From Eubacterium sp. (GTDB lineage: Bacteria > Bacillota > Clostridia > Lachnospirales > Lachnospiraceae): a stretch of 64,000 bases of DNA. The position numbers and the translations under genes were made by a program. The stretch is taken from positions 3,821-67,820 of the forward strand of contig JAIKYQ010000127.1 in NCBI GenBank assembly GCA_024683035.1. The letters are read 5' to 3'. Shown here piece after piece: positions 56,483 to 64,000 of the stretch. A model generated the notes under the pieces. The model did not search any database. It was given only the letters and a program-made list of their open reading frames with translations, and was not told where the DNA came from. Numbering within the stretch: the first letter of the stretch is position 1; each line of letters starts with the position of its first letter.

Positions 56483-59317
56483 TCACAACATCTGTTTCAG
56501 AAAATGCCCGGTATAAGAGCAGGGGTTCTGCGCCACTTCTTCCGGCGTGCCTTCTGCGATCACCGTACCGCCGCGGTCGCCGCCCTCCGGGCCCATATCT
56601 ATAATATAATCCGCCGTTTTGATCACGTCCAGATTATGCTCGATCACAACGACCGTATTGCCGCCTTCCGCCAGCCGCTGCAGGATCCGGATGAGCTTGT
56701 CCACATCCGCAAAATGCAGGCCGGTGGTCGGTTCGTCCAGAATATAGATCGTGCTCCCCGTGCTCCGTTTGGACAGCTCGGCTGCCAGCTTGATGCGCTG
56801 TGCTTCCCCGCCGGAAAGCTCTGTGGACGGCTGTCCCAGCCGGATATAGGAAAGCCCGACATCGTACAGTGTCTGGATCTTTCGTTTGACCGAAGGAATG
56901 TGATCAAAAAACGTCAGTGCCTCTTCGACGGTCATATTCAGGACATCGTAAATGGATTTTCCTTTGTAATGCACTTCCAGGGTCTCCCGGTTATACCGTT
57001 TCCCGCCGCAGACCTCGCAGGGTACATAGACATCCGGAAGGAAGTGCATTTCAATTTTGATGATCCCGTCTCCGGAACAGGCTTCGCACCGCCCGCCCTT
57101 GACATTAAAGCTGAACCGTCCTTTTTTATAGCCGCGTGCCTTCGCATCCTGCGTAGACGCAAACAGATCACGGATCAGGTCGAATACACCGGTGTATGTG
57201 GCCGGATTGGAACGGGGCGTTCTGCCGATCGGCGACTGGTCGATCGCGATCACTTTATCCAGCTGTTCCTCTCCTTCGATCCCCTTATGTTTGCCGGGTA
57301 TGACCAGTGCCCGGTTCAGGTCACGCTGCAGCCGCTTGAACAGGATCTCGTTGACCAGGGAGCTTTTCCCCGACCCGGAAACCCCGGTCACGCTGGTCAT
57401 GACTCCCAGCGGAAAACGGACATCGATGTTTTTCAGATTGTGTTCCTGTGCGCCGCGGACAGTCAGCCAGCCGGCCGGTTTTTTCCGCTGCTGCGGCACG
57501 GGGATCTTCTTTCTGCCGGATAAGTACGCGCCGGTAATAGACCTTTCGCAGGCAATCACATCGGCAACCGTGCCGTATGCCACGACTTCTCCGCCGTGTT
57601 CCCCGGCTCCCGGACCGATATCCACAAGATAATCCGCCGCCCGCATGGTGTCTTCGTCATGTTCCACCACGATGACGGTATTTCCCAGATCCCGCAGGTG
57701 GCGCAGAGTTCCCAGCAGTTTTTCATTGTCCCGCTGATGGAGCCCGATGCTTGGTTCATCCAGTATATAAGCTACGCCGACCAGGCCGGAACCGATCTGG
57801 GTTGCCAGTCGGATCCGCTGTGCTTCCCCGCCGGACAGGGATCCTGTGGCGCGGGAAAGAGTCAGATAGTTCAGCCCGACTTCCACCAGAAAGCTGACCC
57901 GGGAGCGGATCTCCTTCAGGATCTGCCTGCCGATCAGCAGCTGCTGTTCGCTGAGCTGCATATCCTCCAGAAATGCTGCCAGTTTTTCAATCGAAAGATT
58001 GGTGATCTCATAGATGTTTTTATCCGCCACGGTCACCGCCAGGGAGGTCGGTTTCAGCCTCTGACCCCGGCATTCCGGGCAGGGTGTGATCCGCATGAAG
58101 GTTTCGTATTCCTGTTTGCTCGAATCCGAATAGGTCTCTCTATAGCGGCGCTCCACGTTGCGGATCAGGCCTTCGAATGCCACATCATAGACCCCTTCCC
58201 CGCGCTGTCCTTTATAACGGACCTTAACCGATTCTCCTTTGGTGCCGTAGATCAGAATGTCATGGATCTTTTTCGGATACTGTTCAAACGGTGTATCCAG
58301 ACGGAAATGATACTGTTCCGCCAGCGCTTCCAGGATCGCCCGGGTAAAGCTGCCTTTCTGATTGCTGGACTGCCAGCCCATGACAGCGATACAGCCTTCG
58401 TCGATGGAAAGAGAAGGATCCGGGATCATCAGTTCTTCCGCAAATTCCATCTTGAACCCAAGACCGGCGCAGACCGGGCAGGCTCCGAACGGATTGTTGA
58501 AAGAAAAGCTGCGCGGTTCGATCTCGTCTATGCTGATGCCGCAGTCGGGACAGGAAAAGCTCTGACTGAAGCTCATGGTATGCCCGTCCATCGTATCTAC
58601 CAGCAGAAGTCCGTTGGACAGACCCAAAACCGTTTCCACCGAATCGGTCATGCGTTTTTCGATGCCCGGCCGGACGATCAGACGATCGACGATGATCTCG
58701 ATGTTGTGCTTGAGGTTTTTGTCCAGGGCGATCTCTTCCGACAGCTCGTACTGACTGCCGTCCACCATCACGCGGACATAGCCGGAGCGTTTGGCCTGCT
58801 CCAGTACTTTTTCATGTCTGCCTTTTCTGCCGCGCACCACCGGCGCCAGCAGCTGGATCCGGCTGCCTTCCGGCAGTTTCAGGATCTGGTCCACCATCTG
58901 GTCGACGGTCTGCCGGCTGATCTCGCGCCCGCACTGCGGACAGTGCGGGATCCCGATCCGTGCGTACAGCAGTCGGAAATAGTCGTAGATCTCCGTGACG
59001 GTCCCGACAGTGGAACGGGGATTCCGGTTGGTCGATTTCTGATCGATCGATATGGCCGGCGGAAGCCCTTCAATACTTTCCACATCCGGCTTTTCCATCT
59101 GGCCCAGGAACTGCCTGGCATAAGACGACAGACTCTCCATATAGCGGCGCTGTCCTTCGGCATAAATGGTATCGAAGGCCAGAGAACTCTTGCCGGATCC
59201 GGAAAGTCCTGTCAGGACGACGAGCTGATCCCGCGGGATCTCCAGGTCGATATTTTTGAGATTGTTTTCTGCCGCGCCCCGGATTCGGATAAAGGGGCGC
59301 TGCGTGGGATTGATCAT
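56483..59317 (-). CDS. uvrA: Excinuclease ABC subunit A
   Basis: [14 protein letters not shown], two LSGGEAQR signatures, zinc fingers. Confidence 0.97.
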   Translation of the reverse strand: MINPTQRPFIRIRGAAENNLKNIDLEIPRDQLVVLTGLSGSGKSSLAFDTIYAEGQRRYMESLSSYARQFLGQMEKPDVESIEGLPPAISIDQKSTNRNPRSTVGTVTEIYDYFRLLYARIGIPHCPQCGREISRQTVDQMVDQILKLPEGSRIQLLAPVVRGRKGRHEKVLEQAKRSGYVRVMVDGSQYELSEEIALDKNLKHNIEIIVDRLIVRPGIEKRMTDSVETVLGLSNGLLLVDTMDGHTMSFSQSFSCPDCGISIDEIEPRSFSFNNPFGACPVCAGLGFKMEFAEELMIPDPSLSIDEGCIAVMGWQSSNQKGSFTRAILEALAEQYHFRLDTPFEQYPKKIHDILIYGTKGESVKVRYKGQRGEGVYDVAFEGLIRNVERRYRETYSDSSKQEYETFMRITPCPECRGQRLKPTSLAVTVADKNIYEITNLSIEKLAAFLEDMQLSEQQLLIGRQILKEIRSRVSFLVEVGLNYLTLSRATGSLSGGEAQRIRLATQIGSGLVGVAYILDEPSIGLHQRDNEKLLGTLRHLRDLGNTVIVVEHDEDTMRAADYLVDIGPGAGEHGGEVVAYGTVADVIACERSITGAYLSGRKKIPVPQQRKKPAGWLTVRGAQEHNLKNIDVRFPLGVMTSVTGVSGSGKSSLVNEILFKRLQRDLNRALVIPGKHKGIEGEEQLDKVIAIDQSPIGRTPRSNPATYTGVFDLIRDLFASTQDAKARGYKKGRFSFNVKGGRCEACSGDGIIKIEMHFLPDVYVPCEVCGGKRYNRETLEVHYKGKSIYDVLNMTVEEALTFFDHIPSVKRKIQTLYDVGLSYIRLGQPSTELSGGEAQRIKLAAELSKRSTGSTIYILDEPTTGLHFADVDKLIRILQRLAEGGNTVVVIEHNLDVIKTADYIIDMGPEGGDRGGTVIAEGTPEEVAQNPCSYTGHFLKQML

Positions 59318-59468
59318 ATGAAAAGCTCCTTGAAGCAACATAAATGCCTGGTGCCTGCCCTGTTTCTTTTTTCCGGCACCAGTCAGTCTCTGCATCATGA
59401 TAACAGGTTTGCCGCGGCATTACAAACATTTCGGCTGCATCGGTCTGGTGGAGAAACGGCAGCCGGAT

Positions 59469-60710
59469 TCAGAGAAAATCCGCCATAACCGTGTTAGATA
59501 CAGAAACACCTTCCGCAGAGAGTCTGATCCGTCCGTTTTCCCGTATCAGGAGTCCCATCTGCTCATACCTGCGCAGTGTGTCTCCGTAAGAAGTGTCGAT
59601 GGCATGCCCGAAGCGCCGCACAAACGCCGCCTCTTCGACGCCGTCCGTCATACGCAGGCCCAGGATCATGCATTCCGCCTCCAGATCCTTTTGCGTCAGG
59701 ATCTGATACTCCGCCGGCTCCCGGCTCCCTGCCAGATAGGCCGGCAGCTGCTCCGTGTTCTTATACCGGATCCAGCCATCCTGCCCTGTTTCCGGCGTAT
59801 GCCGCGGCAGAAAACCGGCGGCGCCCAGTCCAAAGCCGATATAGGGCACGCCGGTCCAGTAGCCGATATTGTGCCGGCAGGCAAAGCCTTCTTTCGCATA
59901 GTTGGATATTTCGTACTGGCGGAAACCGGCTTCTGCCAGGATTTCTCCGGTGCGTTCGTACATACGGCGTTCTGTATCTTCATCGGGAAGCGGCGGCCAG
60001 GTACGGCCGCTGTCCGGCATGCTTTTACCGGCTGTATTCCCGTTTTCCTCAGCCGAGTCCCCGTAGTGCTCGTAAAACAGGGTGCCCTCTTCGATGATCA
60101 GACTGTATGCCGAGATATGTTCCGGCCCGAGAGCGATAGCCTGACGCAGGGTATTCTCCCAGGCTTCCGCCGTCTGCCCGGGCAGTCCGCTCATCAGGTC
60201 CAGATTGATATTGGCAAACCCGGCTTCACGTGCCAGGGCCACGCTTTCCCGGATCTGCGCCGCACTGTGGATCCGTCCCAGCAGCTGCAGTTCTTCTTCC
60301 TGAAAAGACTGGCCTCCGAAACTGATCCTGTTTATGCCGGCCTGCCTCCAGACCTGCAGTTTTTCCGCATCCACACTTCCGGGATTGGCTTCGATCGTGA
60401 TCTCGGCATCTGCCTCAACAGAAAAGCAGGCATGCACCGTATCCAGGATCTCGGCGATCCAGGCTGCCGGCAGCACGGAAGGTGTTCCTCCGCCGATGAA
60501 GATCGTCGGTACGGAGACCTCTGTCTGTGCCTGCCGTATTTCGGCTTCCCGTGTCTGCCATATTTCGTCTGTCTGCGGCTGCCGTATTTCTTCCAACAGC
60601 ACATCCACATACTGTCTCTGCACCTCCCGATACGCCGGCAAACTCAGAAAATCGCAGTATGCGCATTTCTTTTTACAGAACGGGATATGGATATAAAGCT
60701 CAGTTTTCAT
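59469..60710 (-). CDS. hemW: Radical SAM heme chaperone HemW
   Basis: [37 protein letters not shown]. Follows lepA. Confidence 0.92.
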   Translation of the reverse strand: MKTELYIHIPFCKKKCAYCDFLSLPAYREVQRQYVDVLLEEIRQPQTDEIWQTREAEIRQAQTEVSVPTIFIGGGTPSVLPAAWIAEILDTVHACFSVEADAEITIEANPGSVDAEKLQVWRQAGINRISFGGQSFQEEELQLLGRIHSAAQIRESVALAREAGFANINLDLMSGLPGQTAEAWENTLRQAIALGPEHISAYSLIIEEGTLFYEHYGDSAEENGNTAGKSMPDSGRTWPPLPDEDTERRMYERTGEILAEAGFRQYEISNYAKEGFACRHNIGYWTGVPYIGFGLGAAGFLPRHTPETGQDGWIRYKNTEQLPAYLAGSREPAEYQILTQKDLEAECMILGLRMTDGVEEAAFVRRFGHAIDTSYGDTLRRYEQMGLLIRENGRIRLSAEGVSVSNTVMADFL

Positions 60711-62514
60711 CCAGCTTCAGTACGCTCATAAACGCTTTCTGCGGAATCTCGACACTGCCCACCTGGCGCATGCGCTTCTTTCCTTCTTTCTGCTTCTCCA
60801 GCAGCTTCTTCTTTCGGGTGATGTCACCGCCGTAGCATTTGGCAAGCACGTCTTTACGCAGGGCCTTGACGGTTTCCCGCGCGATGATCTTGGATCCGAC
60901 GGCTGCCTGGATCGGGATATCGAACAGCTGCCGCGGAATTTCCTGTTTCAGTTTCTCACACATCTTCCTGCCGCGTTCGTAAGCCGAATCCGTGAAGACG
61001 ATAAAGGACAGGGCATCCACCTGTTCATGATTGACCAGGATATCCAGCTTGATCAGATCACTGCGCTTATAACCCAGGAGCTCATAGTCCAGGGAGGCAT
61101 AGCCGCGCGAACGCGATTTCAGGGCATCGAAGAAATCATAGATGATCTCGTTCAGCGGCAGGTGATACCGCAGCACGGCACGTGTCTGTTCCATGTATTC
61201 CATTCCCTGATACTCGCCGCGGCGCTCTTCGCAGAGCTGCATGATCGATCCGACAAACTCGGTCGTGACCATGATTTCCGCGCTGACCATCGGTTCCTCC
61301 ATATAATCGATCTCTGCCGGATCCGGCAGATTGGACGGATTCGTCAGCTCCATCACCGAGCCGTCCGTTTTATGCACTTTATAGACAACCCCGGGCGCCG
61401 TCGTGACCAGGTCCAGGTTGTATTCTCTTTCCAGTCTTTCCTGAATGATCTCCAGATGCAGCAGCCCCAGGAACCCGCAGCGGAATCCAAAGCCGAGTGC
61501 GGCCGAAGTCTCCGGCTCATAGAACAGGGACGCATCATTCAGCTGCAGCTTTTCGAGTGCATCCCGCAGATCCGGATACCGGGCGCTGTCCGCCGGGTAC
61601 AGGCCGCAGTACACCATGGACTGTACTTTTTTGTAGCCGGGAAGCGGCTCGGCTGCCTTCCGGTTTGCCAGCGTGACGGTATCTCCGACCTGTGTGGAAG
61701 CCACGTTCTTGATACTGGCCGTGATGTAGCCGACCATCCCGGCCTCCAGCTTCTCACAGGGGATGAACTGGCCGGCGCCGAAATATCCGACCTCCACCAC
61801 TTCTTCTTCCGCCCCGGTAGCCATCATGTAGATCTTGTCGCCCCGCCGGACAGTGCCTTCCATCAGACGGATGGACACGATAACGCCTTTATACGAGTCA
61901 TAGACCGAATCAAAGATCAGGGCCCGCAGCGGCGCTTCCGGATCGCCGGTCGGCGCCGGGATCTTCTGCGCGATCGTCTCCAGCACCTGCTCGATGTTTT
62001 CTCCCGTCTTGGCCGAGATCCGCGGCGCATCTTCCGCTTCCAGTCCGATGATGTCCTCGATCTCACTGATGACACGGTCCGGATCCGCACTGGGCAGATC
62101 GATCTTGTTGATCACCGGGAACACTTCCAGATCATGATCCAACGCCAGATACACATTGGCCAGTGTCTGCGCCTCGACTCCCTGCGCCGCGTCCACAACG
62201 AGGATCGCTCCGTCACAGGCTGCCAGCGACCGGGATACTTCGTAATTGAAGTCCACATGTCCCGGTGTATCGATCATGTTGAAGATGTATTCCTGCCCGT
62301 CCTGCGCCCGGTAGACTGTGCGGCAGGCCTGCGCCTTGATCGTGATCCCGCGCTCCCGCTCCAGATCCATGTTGTCAAGGACCTGGCTCTGCATTTCCCG
62401 GTCTGTCAGCAGGCCGGTCCGTTCGATGATCCGGTCGGCAAGCGTGGATTTCCCGTGATCGATATGTGCAATAATGCAGAAATTCCGGATTCTGCTCTGT
62501 TCCGCTGCTGTCAA
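60700..62514 (-). CDS. lepA: Elongation factor 4
   Basis: [43 protein letters not shown]. Confidence 0.98.
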   Translation of the reverse strand: MTAAEQSRIRNFCIIAHIDHGKSTLADRIIERTGLLTDREMQSQVLDNMDLERERGITIKAQACRTVYRAQDGQEYIFNMIDTPGHVDFNYEVSRSLAACDGAILVVDAAQGVEAQTLANVYLALDHDLEVFPVINKIDLPSADPDRVISEIEDIIGLEAEDAPRISAKTGENIEQVLETIAQKIPAPTGDPEAPLRALIFDSVYDSYKGVIVSIRLMEGTVRRGDKIYMMATGAEEEVVEVGYFGAGQFIPCEKLEAGMVGYITASIKNVASTQVGDTVTLANRKAAEPLPGYKKVQSMVYCGLYPADSARYPDLRDALEKLQLNDASLFYEPETSAALGFGFRCGFLGLLHLEIIQERLEREYNLDLVTTAPGVVYKVHKTDGSVMELTNPSNLPDPAEIDYMEEPMVSAEIMVTTEFVGSIMQLCEERRGEYQGMEYMEQTRAVLRYHLPLNEIIYDFFDALKSRSRGYASLDYELLGYKRSDLIKLDILVNHEQVDALSFIVFTDSAYERGRKMCEKLKQEIPRQLFDIPIQAAVGSKIIARETVKALRKDVLAKCYGGDITRKKKLLEKQKEGKKRMRQVGSVEIPQKAFMSVLKLDEN

Positions 62515-62619
62515 TGTATTTCCTCCCTGTCTGTCCGTGCTTTTGCAGGATTTCTTCGATTATACATAAAAACAGGAACCGGAGCAACCGGCTCCTGCCA
62601 CAGAATTTGTTTTCACCCG

Positions 62620-62648
62620 TTGACAAATAACGCCAAGTATCCTATGAT
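62620..62648 (+). promoter_or_regulatory. SigA promoter of rpsT
   Basis: TTGACA-N17-TATGAT. Confidence 0.75.
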
Positions 62649-62728
62649 AATGAAGCGCGTTTCAAAAGGGAATTGTGTCAGCCTGTAAAGTCTCGCGCTG
62701 CAAAAGAATCTATAAGGAGGTGTACAGT

Positions 62729-62992
62729 TTGGCTAATATCAAATCCGCAAAAAAGCGCATTCTGGTGAACCAGAAAAAAGCCGATCGGAACAAAGCGATC
62801 AAATCTGCTGTTAAGACTTCGATCAAACATGTGGAAGCTGCTGTTGCAGCCGGCGATAAAGAAGCTGCCGAAAAGGCATTGCTTAAAGCGACATCTGCGA
62901 TCGATAAAGCTGAAAGCAAGGGCGTGTATCACAAAAACAACGCCAGCCGGAAAGTATCCCGGATCAGCAAAGCTGTCAACACTCTGAAGTAA
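62729..62992 (+). CDS. rpsT: 30S ribosomal protein S20
   Basis: TTG start after AAGGAGG; ANIKSAKKRI...KGVYHKNNASRK. Confidence 0.97.
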   Translation: MANIKSAKKRILVNQKKADRNKAIKSAVKTSIKHVEAAVAAGDKEAAEKALLKATSAIDKAESKGVYHKNNASRKVSRISKAVNTLK

Positions 62993-63020
62993 ACAGCGCG
63001 CTGTCAGCAAAATAAAAAAC

Positions 63021-63054
63021 AAACTGACCGGAGTCGTCGCCGGTCAGTTTTTTT
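63021..63054. terminator. Bidirectional terminator between rpsT and holA
   Basis: AAACTGACCGG...CCGGTCAGTTTTTTT. Confidence 0.85.
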
Positions 63055-63068
63055 ATGCTTCGTTCCTT

Positions 63069-64000
63069 TTATGCGCTGAGCCGCACGATGGCCAGCTCCA
63101 CACTCAGCCGCTCGTCCAGCCGTCCTGTTTTTACTTCTTCTTCCGCCCTTGTCAGATCCTCCAGAATACCCCGGAGCTGCACCCCGGAATACTGCCGCAG
63201 CAGGCCGAGAGACCGCCGTACCACAAACGGAGGAACGCCGGCTTTCGATGCGATCTCCTGCTGGGGCATACCTTCCCGGCTCATGACTTCGATCTGCAGC
63301 AGCTGGTTATACTGCCTGGCGATCAGATACAGGATCCGCATCGGCTTTTCCTTCAGAGCCAGCAGATCATAATAGAGATCCAGCGCATCCTTCTGTCTGT
63401 GTTCGGTGACGGCACGGATCATATCAAAAATCTGATTGGAGATCTGTGGTGCACAGACGGCATCGATATCGCGTCCGGTGATCACTTCTTTTTCTGCACA
63501 GTAGGAAAGCAGCTTTTCCAGTTCGTTGTCGATATTGGCCATGTCCGTGCCGGTTACGGCCAGAAAGCGCTGCATATCTGACGCCGTGATCTTTTTACCC
63601 TCTTTTTTCATCCGGGCAAAGATCCAGCGGACCAGCGCATCTTCCTTCTGTGTGGCAAATTCAGCCACATGCCCCTTATTCTGCACCAGTTTAAACAGGC
63701 GGGTGCGTTTATCCGCCTCTTCTTCTGAAAAGATCAGGACCAGGTACTCCGGCAGCTTCTCCAGCCAGGCTGCAAGGGCTTCCGCCTTATTCCGGAAAAA
63801 GCCTGTATCCTCTACCAGGATGACACGGCGTTCGGAAAAAAACGGCAAGGTCTCTCCCTGTGAGATGATGGCGTCCTCTTCCGTGTCTTTGCCGGAAAAG
63901 CGGGTGAAGTTCATCTCTTCTCCCTCCGGCACCAGTGCCCGGATCAGGTCTTTCAGAAAGCGGGCACGCAGCCATGCTTCCGGACCGTACAGGAGATATA
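63069..64000 (-). CDS. holA: DNA polymerase III delta subunit, start lies beyond the window
   Basis: The frame continues to the window edge (YLLYGPE...), with TLPFFSERR, ELEKL, IFDM, VKTG. Convergent with rpsT. Confidence 0.93.
   Translation of the reverse strand, partial: YLLYGPEAWLRARFLKDLIRALVPEGEEMNFTRFSGKDTEEDAIISQGETLPFFSERRVILVEDTGFFRNKAEALAAWLEKLPEYLVLIFSEEEADKRTRLFKLVQNKGHVAEFATQKEDALVRWIFARMKKEGKKITASDMQRFLAVTGTDMANIDNELEKLLSYCAEKEVITGRDIDAVCAPQISNQIFDMIRAVTEHRQKDALDLYYDLLALKEKPMRILYLIARQYNQLLQIEVMSREGMPQQEIASKAGVPPFVVRRSLGLLRQYSGVQLRGILEDLTRAEEEVKTGRLDERLSVELAIVRLSA

Noticed and set aside
59320-59470. LexA box upstream of uvrA
   Set aside because: No clear GAAC-N4-GTTC was found by eye.
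27608-62688. Long plus-strand ORFs such as 27608..29605, 38483..40555, 57596..59488 and 61027..62688
   Set aside because: Antisense shadows of well-supported minus-strand genes, expected in GC-rich coding DNA.

Overview
Chromosomal window from a GC-rich clostridial bacterium; gene content and order suggest Lachnospiraceae. Most genes lie on the minus strand. Bases 1-2300 hold a MarR / short HypA-like / 4Fe-4S protein / hypB cluster. Bases ~2395-22122 are a visibly more AT-rich ~19.7 kb integrative mobilizable element (IME) inserted in the 3' end of tRNA-Ser(TGA), bounded by a 21-bp direct repeat. It carries a tyrosine integrase, an RHH regulator, a HExxH protein, a small SymE-like ORF missed by the ORF track, a VirD4-like coupling protein, an RSA-type oriT, an atypical MOB-V (Mob_Pre) relaxase, an ssb / DUF5688-like / RadC-JAB cluster containing two long hairpins that resemble ssDNA promoters, and a defence cargo (type I R-M plus McrBC). 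The rest is core genome: ispD, tsaD, rnz, a DUF5717/DUF5716/TPR-like trio, fbp, polC, ispG, folA, mscL, pckA, htrA, cdaA-cdaR, comFC, recD2, mreB-like, uvrA, hemW, lepA, rpsT and holA. The most striking unexplained signal is a family of 170-220 nt non-coding hairpins (33213-33435, 33474-33643, 44384-44574). They share internal-loop sequences while their stems covary, and two further long hairpins lie at 33667-33878 and 35894-35970. All family assignments are by eye from motifs; no searches were run.
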